Made by a program: the position numbers and the translations under genes
NCBI GenBank assembly: GCA_907165135.1
Contig: OU015568.1
Location: 12,400,001 to 12,464,000, forward strand
DNA length: 64,000 nucleotides
Reading direction: 5' to 3'
DNA from: Oikopleura dioica
Lineage: Eukaryota; Animalia; Chordata
The notes under the pieces: model-generated
Told to the model about the DNA's origin: nothing
Databases searched by the model: none
Seen by the model: only the letters and a program-made list of their open reading frames with translations
In this document: one piece after another, positions 42,216-55,169 of the stretch
Position numbering within the stretch: position 1 is the stretch's first letter
Layout of the letters: every line of letters begins with the position of its first letter

Positions 42216-43267
42216 TTAAACATTGGTCGTTGCCATCGGTTTTCTCGACGTTCCAAGAATGGGTCGGTTGGTCATGAGACTGCCGCGGAAGGAATTTCGG
42301 GTGGTGAGAATGCTTGGCTGGCCGAGCTTCATTTCTCGAAGATCCATTCTTGGTGGTGGAGGAGGTTTATGAAGAACTTTGATTGAGGAAGAACGGGAGG
42401 AAGCAGTGGCAGGCTTGTGGAAGGATTTCTTGAGTCGGTTTTCGAGGTCGGAGGAGCTCATCGATCTGTTGAGAGAAAGAGAGTCTTCTGAGTGGTAGCC
42501 ACTTCCGGCGCTGGTCCTCGAGGAAATGGTCGAAGTGGGCGAGACGGTTGGGCTGCAATCGGGCGATTTGAAAGCGGAAGTGTACTCGCCCGAAAGCGAG
42601 TGGATTACGTCGCCGAAACTGCCGGACAGGGAGGCGAGATAATAACCGCAGGAAAAGGGTGATTTGATTTCCGGTGCGCGTTTCGAAATGACTCCGTAAG
42701 GACCGAACTTGCGCTTTTCCGTCGTTCGGATGAGAAGGCCGCAGACGTGGTTTTGCCCGATCGCCATGTAGACCGTGATCGAGAGGATCTTCTCGTTGTC
42801 TATGAGCGCCAAATCGTGGGTTTTTACTTCGGTGATGTTGGAGGCGCGGCCATACGTGATGGAGGTGCCGTTGAGGTAGCTAAACACGGTGATTAGGTGG
42901 GTGAATCATCAAATCGTGAAAAAATGGGGGCGTCAAATATTTAGCGACTGGAGTCACTACTTTGGTATGTGAAAAGTCCAAATGGGCATGAGTAGCAAAA
43001 AGGTGCGAAAAGATTTTATTTCTGTCCAAAAATGGGTTAATTTTAACCGGAAATGTCAAAAAATCATGCTCCATTTTGAAATTTGAAATCTTCAGATACC
43101 AATTTTTGTTTTCCAAAAATTACAATAAAGGCTTCTCGTTTGATTTCTTACCTTGGAGTGATGCTACCAAGAGCGGTGTATTTTCCCTGCAATTTGCCGA
43201 TGGTGAATTTTAACCCGGTGATGCAGCCATTGTCGGTTGTTCCTTGAAAAGTATTCTTGACCGACAT
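42216..43267 (-). CDS. Jacalin-like lectin domain protein with Ser/Arg-rich tail
   Basis: Two exons; ITGLKFTIG...NEKILSITV...VCGLLIRTTEKRKFGPYG...LASLSGSFGDVIHSLS follows the jacalin beta-prism pattern. Confidence 0.7.
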
Positions 43268-43587
43268 CGTTGTTTTCTATTCTTTTGTGATCTCTACTTT
43301 CAACTGTATTTCTCGATAAAAATAGTAGTCGTGGATTTTTTTGTTTTCGCAAGAATTGATAATGATTAAATTTTCCCTGGGCAGGAGTCTTTTTGAAAGA
43401 AAAAAATGCGACGCGGCGCTGGTGGCGCACGAGGGCCACGCCAAGTTCGCAGATGATTTTTTTCATCGCGATTGGCGACACTGTAAAAATGTGATTAGTT
43501 TTACGAAAGATGGATCTTGATTGGGACGATTAATGGCAGCTGCAAGCTGCGAGAAGGGTTGCAGGATGGGGCAGAAGGCCTTAGATA

Positions 43588-44272
43588 ACATACCCCCCCC
43601 TAAATTTCCGCGCAATTCGTGGTATTTCGCCCAAGTTTACGTTTCCTAACTTTTCCAAAACCCCCGAAATTTACGCTTCCTCGCGTTTCCCCGCGTTTCC
43701 AAATTTCTTCTCCTAACTTTTCCGCGTGTGCCCAAATTTACTCGCGACCCGCTGAAATGCGCGTCAACGCTTATGATTTCATTAATAGCGCCCAATTAAA
43801 CCAAGGGATTTCAGTCTTTTTTAGGTACTCGAGGCGCCAAAATTGGAATTTTTTCGTGGCTTGGACACATAAAAATCGTACAATTCGAGTAACTTAAAAT
43901 ATTGAGGTCTGGATTTTGCTCCGCAGAAGTCGTTTTCATCTATCGCACTAGCATAACGTTCTATCAAATATTTATAAACTTCACTGTAACAATAAACAAT
44001 AATTTTATCAAAGATAACATAAGATAGGGCTGCCCTATGAGGGAATCTGGCTTTTTATAAAAGATCATCCTTTCTTTGCCTGGAGCGAGCAAAACAAGAC
44101 TTTTGCGCACTCAGAAAGTTAACCGACGAAGCCAATCAGCGCCGCGAGCGTAAATTTGGGCGCACGCAGAAAAGTTAAGCGGCGTAAATTTTGGGGTTTT
44201 TGAACAAATCAGGAAGAGTAAATTACGGAAAATGTACCGAGGAATGCGCGAAAACTTGGGGGTGGGGTATGT
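43588..44272. mobile_element. MITE with probable TA TSD (Tc1/mariner-type), 685 bp
   Basis: Imperfect TIR ACATACCCC(C/A)CCCC...CGCGCA(A)TTC; TA at 43586-43587 and 44273-44274. Confidence 0.7.
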
Positions 44273-45161
44273 TATTCAGATAAGCAGGTAGTGATATGCA
44301 AAAAAGTGCAGAAAGAATCTGATCTTTTGACAGTGCTTGAATTTATTCTGAAAAAATCGTTGACAGTAGGGATTTTTTCTTTTAAAGTCGATCAAAATAA
44401 AGGAATTTCAATGTCGAGGAGTCAATTTGAAAAGAAATGATCTTTCACTTACCGGATGATTGAAATAATAAAGCCGGATACCGCAGATACTCAAGAGGTA
44501 ACAATTTTACGTTTAACAATCCAGGTGAGTGTACTTTGTCATGACAACATTTCCCTTTTTATGTCCTTCACGAATTCGCTCCTGGAATTTTAGGGGCGCG
44601 TTGGCCTTAGTATTTACTCATTTTCCCCTGAACAAAAAAGTCAGCAGAATTGTTTGAAAGCTAATTTACGATCATGTCCTCGTTTGAGCTCGGGTGTCTT
44701 TGAAGACTTATTGTCCATCGTTAAAATTATCCGGCTTATCTCAGTCCGTAAAGAATGATTATAGTTATCCCTGTTTTTTTTTCGCTTGCTCGCTGCATTT
44801 TTTTCTTTCAGGGCGGATCTTTGCGGCGGTAGTTGAAAGTTACAATTTATCTCAGATTTAGCGGTTGTTGCGGGTTCCGCAGGTTTTTATCTTGCTGGAT
44901 CACGTGGACGAAATTTGTGAATAGCAAATAAGATTATCCGAAGCTAGTTTCGTAGTTTCGATCGTGTTTTTTCGATGTTTGACAAGTTGGAATGCAAGAT
45001 TATTTTTTACATATATGCACATGGATTTACTAGCGTGTTCAGGAAGTAAAAACAACGATTTTGTAAATGAGTTCATTCTTAACCTACTACTGACGCCTGG
45101 TTTTGGAAAAGAGCCTTATTTGGGCCTTCCACCAATCAGAAGCCAGCATTATTTTTCGAGG

Positions 45162-45278
45162 GAGGCGATTTTCTGGCAGTTAGATTTTCTGGCAGTTAGA
45201 CTTTCTGGCAAAGGCGATTTTCTGGCAATGCCAGAAAATCTAATATGCCAGAAAGTCTAACTGCCAGAAAATCGCCTC
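45162..45278. repeat. Short palindromic element built from TTTTCTGGCAGTTAG subrepeats, copy 1
   Basis: Self-inverted: GAGGCGATTTTCTGGCAG...CTGCCAGAAAATCGCCTC; no TSD found. Confidence 0.75.
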
Positions 45279-46563
45279 TTTTGATTTCACATCTATAGTT
45301 AATGATCCTGGAAGATAAAAAAACGGAGAGAAGAAGAGCTCGGAATTCATCTTCTGATTCTTCTGAGAAATAGTCAGGCGCGCGTGGGCGGCGCGCTCCT
45401 CCCTTATTCGCCGCGCTGTGCTCGCCTGAATTTAGTTGATAAATCAACGGTTTTTTTCAAGCGGAAATGATGAAGATCAGAGAAGAATTAACTGCCAGAG
45501 GAATTAGAGAAGAATTAACTGCCTATAAAATTTTGCCCAATTCGCTTAAAACTTATGAACTGTGTTTCCGCTTTGTTTCGCCTCCAAACTTCAACCTTTC
45601 GTATTTAATGTATGATGCGTTTTCTTCTCTCTTTCGATGCACAAACCGTTGATAAGTTAAATGTTTCTATTTTTTTTCAATTTTTGACATTAAAGCTTTA
45701 CGAGTTGCGAAACTAAAATACTGTCTATCATTTTTAAATTTTAATTCAGAATTTCAATTTCAGAAAGGACTCAGTGTTGAAAATTGACCATATAAAATAA
45801 CAACGGGGAGAATATTGAACCCGTTATAATTGTGGGCCTCCAGAAGAATTTACCCGTTATAATTGTGCCCTTTCTTTAATTTAACATGATTTTGAACTCC
45901 TCGAAAGATATTGAAGAACTTCCTGCCAGTATTCTTCTCGCAGACAACAAAGAAAGCTTCCGAATTCTAGGAACTCGATGAATCAACAAAACGACGTGCT
46001 CGATTCCATCTTTAGGAGCTCCAACGAAGAAGAAAAATATATAGGAAAGGAGTTTCGAATTTTCTTTTGCAATCAATTTTTTCACTTATTGGTTTATTTT
46101 TCAGCGGCTTCAATTAACTGAGACGTTACAAATTTACCGGTGCAAATGCGTCAAATACAGTGCTGTGATTGGCTGAATTAGGGACACGTAGTCCTTTGAA
46201 AAATGAAAAATCGCCATAAATCCGAAATTTTTTGAGATCTCGAAAATCTGAGATGATACTGGCATAGAGCTTGAGATTCTCCGTCGATACGTATAAAGAT
46301 GTCTTGGGCTACAATGTAACCCTTAGGCGCTAGAGCAACAGCAAGTTTGCCCCGGTAATTTTGTAACGGCTCTGACCTATGGAAATCGTCCGTAACGAAT
46401 GTAACGAGTTTGATGAAAATGTAAGGAGCTTTTTTTTATAGAACATCAGAAGTCTTCTTCGTCGGAAGTGGCGAGTACTTCTTTTAATTGGCGCATCAAA
46501 TCGTCATCGTCTTTTTATTATTTATCAAGTTATTCTAATTAAATACAATTAAATAAGAAACCA

Positions 46564-49500
46564 TTATATACGTGTAAACAATCCTGGGATATCTGCTTTT
46601 CTCATTTCTTCGCGTTTTCGCAATTTCGCATTTTCCGCCTTCATTTTTTCCAGCTCTTCCCGTAACTCTGCGATCAACTCTTCATTTTGTTCTTTTTTTC
46701 TTTGAATGGTTTGACGCCGTTTATTTGCTATATCAGCATAGTAGCCCTAAATATTCTGCTATTTTCTTAAAGAAACATACAAGCATTACCTTAGGATCAT
46801 TTTCTCTTTTTTTTCGATTTCTTTCTTTAAGAATTTTCTTTTCTTTCGCAATTTGGGCTGCCAAACGCACTTCGGCTTCAGTTTTCTTCTTTTTCTTTTT
46901 TGGTGGGGAATCATGCTCGCAATAGGTTGATTTTTTCGCATTCCGCTTCACTTTTGCGCACAAACTACGCGTATTTTGCGAAGATTCGGGGCGCTCATCT
47001 AGAATAATTAACATTCTGCTTGATAAAACTAAACTTACGATCCGATTCAGAATCTGACAATGAAAGATCCCGCGTTTTGCGCTGTTTTGCGGATTTTGCG
47101 CTGCGAATATACTTCCGTGGCTGCTTGGGTTCAGATAGAACCAGCTTTTCGGGACTAGTTCTGTCATCAAAATTCCGGTAAGAATCAGATGTTGGACGAG
47201 AACGATTAGCTTGTCCGGCTTCGTCATTTTCTTAAATGAAAGTCATTTATTTTTTAAATATGGACAGTTACCTTGCTCCGATTCTGAAGACGAAGGACGA
47301 TTTGGAAACTGTTTTCTGATCGTTTCATCTATCTCATCGGTTTTATCCAGAAGTCGTTCCCAATGTATTGGAGATGGCGATTTTTCAACTAGAAATATTA
47401 AATTTTTGATATTTACATTTTTGATATATTACAGTTTTCAGGCTCACGATCCTCATTGTCCGACGGTAAAGAGTCCACTGGAGGTGGGTCGAACTCATGG
47501 ATAACAGCTGGCACATCGACTTCATCATTGCTCGTCTCCTCATCGACTCTTCTTTCCACTCTTTGAACTGGCTGAGCGATTGGCGCCGCAACTCTTCTCA
47601 AATCGAATTCTCCTCCTTGCTGAGCGAAAGGATCTGGGTCAACTTGCTCACCAGCTGTTTCTTGCTCATCGCGAACTGGGGACATCACAGGCATTGCTTC
47701 TTGAAACTGGTATGACTAAATAATTTTTATTTTTGTATAAAAAATAGTAACTATACGTCAGCTGTTGATTCTTTAATCAAATTTTGAAATACAGCAGTTT
47801 CTGGTTGCGTGGCGTTGTTGATAAAATGTCGGAGTTTCTGAGTAGATTTCAATGACTCGGCCTTTGATCTGGCCCTCATCAAGCCGAAGCCGACAGAAAC
47901 AATTGCTTCTTCGATTGAGCCATTTTCTGCGCATTTTTGTCAAATCTTGCTAGCTGCTCGTAGCGTACAACCGCAACTAAGGCGCACAATCTGTCATTTT
48001 TAGTACTTTGCTGGCTGTTGCTCTCAAGCTTAGCAATTTCCGTACTGAAGCTTTCACTTTTAAAGCCATTAGCAATGGAGATGACCGTAGATAGCTCTGT
48101 CGCATTGTTGATTCCTTGATCCACCAGGGATGAGTTCTAAACATTTAATTTTAGTTGGAATCGCATCTTCACGAATTCGATGTTTTTACAAGATTTCCCA
48201 TCGAAAAAAGGTAACTTACCATGATTTCAAGACTGTTATTAGTCAAGAATTTTGAACCATTCCTCGCTCCTATCGATAATGCAAGGGCCCATGAACTAGG
48301 AGGGAATTTAGCATCGTCATTCAAGTACGTCGTAGAAAGATATCTGTAGAACTCATTAATCTCGTCTTTGATTAGTGGTGTAGACAGTTCATCAAGTGTT
48401 CGACGCAAAAGCTGCATAAATGTGTCGTAGAATGTAGGTTCGGTCAAGTGAATGAATGGGATCGCATGGATGAGTGCTTGGAGTATCTTTCCATTTTTCT
48501 CCCAGAGTGCCAACAGTCCATGACTTTGTAAATATCTTCTAACACTCTGTAACCAATGAAAGTAGCACCCAACCATGCGTAGATTCTTCTCCGGCCATGT
48601 TTCGCGAATCGAATTTCTGAGCCCAGGTTCGAAATCGGACGAGACAGTTGTAAATTCAGAATCAGGACAAAGTTTCTTTTTGTAGATCAATTTACAGTTT
48701 TTCAGGAAAATCGGCTGCTCTGCTATTCAAAACTACCGAACGGCCGATTGTGGTCCTCATCAACGTTATTACACACGACAAATTCGCTGCCGAACCAAGT
48801 AAGTTCAAAATTTTCAATATTGATCATTTCCTTTAAAGCCTCAAAGACAATCTTGTAGCCTTCTTTAGACTGACCCTTGAGAATAATAAAGAATCTAGGA
48901 TTAACACTATCATCTCGGTCTCTTGATCCAATAATGAGGAGTTGACGGTAGCCAAACTTCTTTTGCTGGCCTTTCGTAAAGAATTTACCGTCAACAAACC
49001 AGTGTTTTGAAGAGGTCAGCATGCGCAAATCGTGTTGAGTCGCAAAAGCTAGAGCTTCATCCCATATCGGGCTTCGTTGTTCCGGCGAAAGAAACTCATT
49101 CATTAGAATCCATTTTGTTTCACCATCGCCTTTTCGTGATTTATTAATGAATTATTACTTTTCAATGTTCGTTTCGTGAAACAAAAATGATGTCCTCGTT
49201 GTCTCCACCTTACCCCTCATCTTTCGAATCGTTTTTAATCAAGCTACATTTGGTTTAGGTTCCATCCGACTAAAGACAGTAAAGTACAATGCAAAACACG
49301 AGCACGAATATGTCAATAACTTCAAAGTCTTGCAAAACTCGTTCAAAAAATGGGCGTAGATAAGGTTTGTCTTCATCAAAATTATAACTCTACACAGAAA
49401 CAAGAAATTAGACTACGTTGACGCGCCACAAAGTTATGAAGCAGATTCTGAAACCTTCGCAAGACACAATATTCTCTGCGAGAAGAAAGGACTCTGGACT

Positions 49501-51507
49501 CTGCCAGCTGATTATCCACAGGTAAAGCGTATCACTCAGAACTTTCTTTACAGTTATTCAGACAATTCTTGAGTGCTTCCAGCGAGGAAGAGAGACCGCC
49601 AGTGATAATGCTATCATTTGAGGCACTCCGACGCCAGATTTGACAGATTACACGACCCGTACTTATGGCGAGTTCGCTGCAACATCTCAATACCTGGCGA
49701 ATTCACTGAAAAAGCACGGACTTATCAGTGGAGAAAGCAAAATTGCGATCTACTCGTCGAATTGCTACGAATACGACGCAGTAATCATTGGAGGATACTA
49801 TCAAAATATATGCAATGTTTCGCTTTACGATACTTTTGGTGAACAAGCAGTCAAATACATTCTCGAGCACGTAAGTTTACAACTTCTTTACGAGATTATT
49901 TTTACTTTTTCTTCAGATTGAAGCTCCAATCTGCTTCGTTCAAAATCAAAAGAAACTTGACCTCATTCTCAAAATCAAGCCTGCTCATCTTCAAACAATC
50001 GTTGTGTTTCGAAAATTCAAGAAGGTCAAGTCCTCCAATTATAAAATCATAAGTTTCGACGATTTTATTGCAATCGGAAAAGACAGCTCGTTTGATAATG
50101 TTCCGCCGACTTCTTCAGGTAAAAATGATAAAAATAGGGGCGATCATTTAATTTCATTATTCAGACATTGCTACGATCAATTACACATCCGACACGACTG
50201 GCGATCCGAAAGGCGTCGTCTTGACTCACAAGAACATCTGCACCGTCTGCTGTGGCATTACAATCTTCTCGGTTAAAGAGCCTTGGAAAACAAGCGACGT
50301 CTGGTTCAGCTATTTGCCGATGGCTAATATTTTTTAAACTTGTTGACGTGCCCGACATGGATTATTATGCGCGCGAAGGAAAAGGAGAAATCTGCTTCCG
50401 TGGCGACAACGTCATGCAAAGTAATTTCCTTTCACCACTGTCAAGTGTCTCACACTTCGTTCAATGGTTTAAAAAGTTTTTCGACGCTAACTATCAGGTA
50501 AATCAAAAAGAACGCGAAATCCTTTTTCAATTCTGATTTCAAAGGGAGAACCTCTTGGTCCCGTTCATGCGAGAGCGAACGCTGGTGTGACTCCCGCTTC
50601 AAATTCGCTGCAGTTTCTACAACAGCAAAGAAAGCACCCGCTCGAGCTGGAGCTCCCGCTGCTCGGGTCCTCGAAGCCCCAAGAACTCCTGCATCGTAAG
50701 AGAAGCCGCTTGCGGCTTCGAATTTATGTTAGTTCAGGGAAAGACAAAGGAAAAAGAAGAACGCACGGCCTCTGCTTTTCTACCGTATCAAGGATGTCCC
50801 AAGCTCTAAAGGATAATTCAACTCAAGATTTAACTAAACTATATTCACTGTCATTTCTTTCGTGCATCTGTGCTCGGTCAAATAAATCACTTTCCTAGTA
50901 CTGTCATCCAGTCTTCCAAGCGTCGAGGATCAGGAACTGTAGCGGCCTTTATTTTTCTTTCGTACTTTCTGGAATTCTGAGCAAGACGTCTCATCTCCTT
51001 TTTCGTGAAAAGATTGCCTCTTTCCATGCTCGAAAGTTGTGAATCTTTTTGAACTTCTCCACGAATTGTCTGTTGACTTTTTGGGCGAATTTGGTTCCTG
51101 TTGAGCATGGACACAGTCGTTGCGTACTGTAATCGCTTCTTTTCGAGTGCATCGTTCTTCAGACATTTATTCATGTGAATGTCTACTTTCGACTCTAGCT
51201 TTCCACATCGCCAATTGCTGAGCTCAAAAACGAGGAGATTCCATATCAACAACTTTTGCAAACATCCAAATCTTCGTTGAACAGCGGAATGAAGCGTCTT
51301 TCGAATATGATTGATTTTCACACTCGACTCGCATCTTGAAACGGAAGTCAGGATCGTCGTTTTTAGAATGCAGAATCGTTTTCTTCGCTTTTCTTGCTTT
51401 GAAAGCAAATGATCTGGAAGCAACTTTGACGAGGAAGGATGCATTGTTTTTTGAGTTTCGTTGAATCGTTACCAAGGCAGGGTTTTCGACAGTACCACCA
51501 ATGTTTT
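46564..51507 (-). mobile_element. Intron-rich MULE (Mutator) transposase gene with single-base frameshifts
   Basis: Catalytic motifs LAFAT...LRMLTSSKHWFVDGKF (D), SDFEPGL (D), GCYFHWLQ, LTNNSLE (E). The putative N-terminal Zn-finger part (51507-50895) and its join to 49129 are inferred. Long C-terminal extension ends at a stop at 46564. No TIR or TSD found. Confidence 0.8.
49330..50420 (+). pseudogene. ACSL: Long-chain acyl-CoA synthetase (ACSL) fragment, rearranged
   Basis: TILECFQRG, SLYDTFGEQAV, YTSDTTGDPKG (P-loop G changed to D), SYLPMA, KLVDVPDMDY...GEICFRGDNVM. In-frame TGA at 49619-49621; large internal deletion near 50333; 3' part absent. Confidence 0.88.
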
Positions 51508-52119
51508 CTTACACGTTTTATAAAAATTCATTGACAAAGGCCACTTTTGACCCATTTATTCAAGATTAATAGCTGTAGCAAACATAAATCAGCTTCTTCC
51601 GGGAATTTCTGTGTTAATCACCCGGTGTTTGCATCTGATTTCGAGTACTTGGTCACAGTGAGCACCCACTGAGATAATGGCGCACGCAAATGCTTTTTGA
51701 AACTGAACTTGTTATAAAACTATCCTGAAAATTCTTCCTCAGAAGGTGGTGGAATCGGTGTCAGTTTCAACATTTTTCTATCCGCATTCTCTTCATCATC
51801 CTCCATTTTCTCAGAAAAATCAAAATCTAACTTTTCAGCTGCCTGTTAACCCGTTTGTTACTCCGAAAATAGCAAGAACGAACTGTGGATGCTGCCCTCA
51901 TTCTATTTTTAGCGCAGAAATTTCAATTCCAAATTCGTCGTCTTTTTTAGCGCCCTGAATAGTCGGCTTTTAGATCAAACGCTCCCGTCGAAAGGTGCAA
52001 ACTCCTGCTGAAACTGCTCCGGAATGAAATTTGTGTGATAATCACCAGTTTTTCGAATTTATAAATGATTTTATTAAAAAGAGTTTTTTGCAGAGTTTCA
52101 AATAATATGCATACTAAAA

Positions 52120-52266
52120 AGGCGATTTTCTGGCAGTTAGACTTTCTGGCAGTTAGATTTTCTGGCAAAGGCGATTTTCTGGAAGTTAGATTTTCTGGCA
52201 GTGCCAGAAAATCGCCTTTGCCAGAAAGTCTAACTGCCAGAAAATCTAACTGCCAGAAAATCGCCT
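52120..52266. repeat. Short palindromic element, copy 2
   Basis: Same subrepeat and palindromic layout as 45162-45278, with more units. Confidence 0.75.
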
Positions 52267-54210
52267 CTCTCTTATTTTTCTTGGCCAATTACCGACCAGA
52301 AACTTGGACCGCCTTACTAACAGGGACCTCAAATTTCAAGTTTATACGATTTTTTCTTTGAAAAGCTTATCTTCCGAATGTACAGCTCTTTATCTGGTCT
52401 GAGTTCTAAGTAAAACAAACTTGGCTTTTGGACAAAAAAGTCCTACCCACTTCAAAGCTTTTCTCAGAGCTTCAGATAGCCGCGCGTTTTATTATAAATC
52501 TTTGTCCATCTGATTGATCGCCCTTTCTACAAATCAAAACCGGCCCTAAAAGCTAAAATGACCTGCCGGGGCGAAAGGTCCCGTCGATCGCATCAAGTGA
52601 CCTGGTTTTTTGAAATTGAGGAAGTCCACGCTGTTTCATTGCGGCTCCTGCTGCGATCTGTTTTATCCAGCCCGCTTGATTCCCATGTAACAAAAAAACT
52701 GAAACAAGAAAATTTGAATGACAGGGGCGATCGAACATGGCCCCGTTTCTTTTTCCAAAATGTCGAGTTCGATAATCTTTTCTAGCTCCAGCAGTTTTCT
52801 AAGCCTCTTAGTCGATAAATCACCAGCCGGTTTTACAAGGTACTAATATAAACATCAAGATCGAATGTCCTCAAACGCTCGCAAATGTCCCTTGATGTCT
52901 CGGAATGTCTCTGAATGTTCTTAGATGTCTTTGAATAGCCCTAAATGTTTTCAAATGTCTGCGAATATCCGAGATTTTCATGAATCCTTCTAAAAAATCA
53001 AAACCCGTTTAGCAACATGTTTTGCAACAACCCAAAACAAACATTTCTAGTTACATTCCACAGCACTAACGCAACCTAGGTCGAAGGGGTCACTTCTAGC
53101 TCCAGGTGCACATTCAAATGTCCAGAATTCATTCAATTGCGAACAACAAGTCTCGGAATATAACAATTTCAAAAGTCACTCGAGACAGACACTTGGCAGG
53201 AGCGAAATTCACAAGCACTTCTCACTCGAATTCCGCATACGTTTTCTTTTATTACTGTTTTATTCCTGAGTGACAGTCTTTCTCAGCTAAAGCTACAGTT
53301 CTTGAAGAGAATGTCAGGCACTCTGTACCCTGTCATCATGTCAAATACGCCTTCTCTTCTTGTTGACCTCTTGTTAGTTTTATTCAAATCCTCTACTCAT
53401 ATCAAACTAATCCCTGCCTCCATAAAACACATAACAAAAATCCCCAAAATCAATCAACTTTGAAGAGTGAAATCGAATTGAACGCAGAGCAGGTGCTCTC
53501 AATCGCCGCCTTTGATAGAAAGAGTTGTCCTAGTTTATCCCTTTTCGAGTGTACAAACAATTTTCATTTGTCCCACATGTCACGCTTTTTTTCGGTAACG
53601 CCTTTGACGAGCTGCCCTAAATTTACTTAGCCTGCGATAAATAAACTGCTCAAAAAAGAAGAGTGCCCTGAAAATACTTAGATCCTCATCAGAAGCAAGA
53701 AATTGGGACGGTTCTTGAAAATAATTCATTTTAGGATTAGCGCTACTGTGGCTACTACTGCTAATGTACCAAAGAGTCCCTCCCCAGATGTAAAAATGAC
53801 ATTTATTTAAATCATTTAGGAGGCTCAATAAATAAGTGAATAACTTTGATGCTCCGCGCCCGCTGGAATTTACGGTAGTGAATGTCAGAGGCACCTCAAG
53901 TTGCGTGTACTTTTATGAGTCTCGCCGGGGTAAATACCGCTTGAATCCTTGAATCTCGAGGAATTTCGTAGTCACTGAGTAAACTTAGCATTGCCATTCA
54001 GGAGGAGAAAAACGTGTAAAATGCTCGAGCGAGCACGTCCTCGGATAATTTTGTAAATATTTATTCGCGGCCAAAGTTCATTCCCCAGGATTTTCCGATT
54101 TGCGCCGAGGTCCTCAAAACTGACCATGAGATTGGGGAAACGGTAGAGCGGATTGATGAATCGTTGGAGTGCGTATAAGTAGACTACAAGTGCAGATAAA
54201 ACCCAATTAG

Positions 54211-55169
54211 TAGGGGAAATCACTAATAATTAAGCTTTTTTTCTAGCTTAGAAGGGTGAGGTTATAATACAGATTTAGAATCCCCAGAAGCTGGAGATCA
54301 TTTTGACTATTGATAGTGGGGGGTCAACTCGTACCCTGAGGGCATTTAGGCCTCTCTGAAGCCCCAAAATCCGGCCAACTTCGGAAATTTGAATTTTTGA
54401 ACGCCCAGACCGCCCCTTTAGAGCCAGCGACTGTGCTAGAATTGTAGCCCAGGCTCTGACGGTCATTTTGAGATATAGAAAAGTACTGAGACCCGGGGGT
54501 TCCTGAGGAGCTAGAGGCTCTTGAAGTTCGGGAACTCGACAAAAATTGAGTACTTTTTCACAAAAAGTACACCATTTGTGTCACAAATGCCTCCAAAAGA
54601 CCCTTTATCTATGTTTCTTCAATAAAAAATGTTTTAGGAATCGTTTGGGGTCATCCGAGGTCACTCTAGGTCAGAAATTATGCAGAATTTAGAAAACTGT
54701 TATGAGTGACCCGATCTGACCTCGGATGACCCCAAATGATTCCTAAAACATTTTTTATTGAAGAAACATAGATAAAGAGTCTTTTGGAGGCATTTGTGAC
54801 ACAAATGGTGTACTTTTTGTGAAAAAGTACTCAATTTTTGTCGAGTTCCCGAACTTCAAGAGCCTCTAGCTCCTCAGGAACCCCCGGGTCTCAGTACTTT
54901 TCTATATCTCAAAATGACCGTCAGAGCCTGGGCTACAATTCTAGCACAGTCGCTGGCTCTAAAGGGGCGGTCTGGGCGTTCAAAAATTCAAATTTCCGAA
55001 GTTGGCCGGATTTTGGGGCTTCAGAGAGGCCTAAATGCCCTCAGGGTACGAGTTGACCCCCCACTATCAATAGTCAAAATGATCTCCAGCTTCTGGGGAT
55101 TCTAAATCTGTATTATAACCTCACCCTTCTAAGCTAGAAAAAAAGCTTAATTATTAGTGATTTCCCCTA
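54211..55169. mobile_element. hAT-type foldback element, 959 bp
   Basis: Arms 54211-54663 and 54717-55169 (453 bp each) are near-perfect inverted copies; 53-nt spacer; TAGGGG termini; exact 8-bp TSD CCAATTAG (54203-54210, 55170-55177). Confidence 0.92.

Noticed and set aside
51200-51960. NUMT or alternative genetic code to explain many in-frame stops
   Set aside because: Stops are a mix of TAA, TAG and TGA, there is no mitochondrial gene similarity, and introns plus frameshifts explain them better.
53580-53894. GIY-YIG/Penelope endonuclease remnant
   Set aside because: Only a vague resemblance (FYIWGGT...E); no reverse transcriptase or element ends nearby.
54275-55105. Four ORFs of 63-72 aa in mirrored pairs
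   Set aside because: They are by-products of the inverted repeat and have no recognisable motifs.
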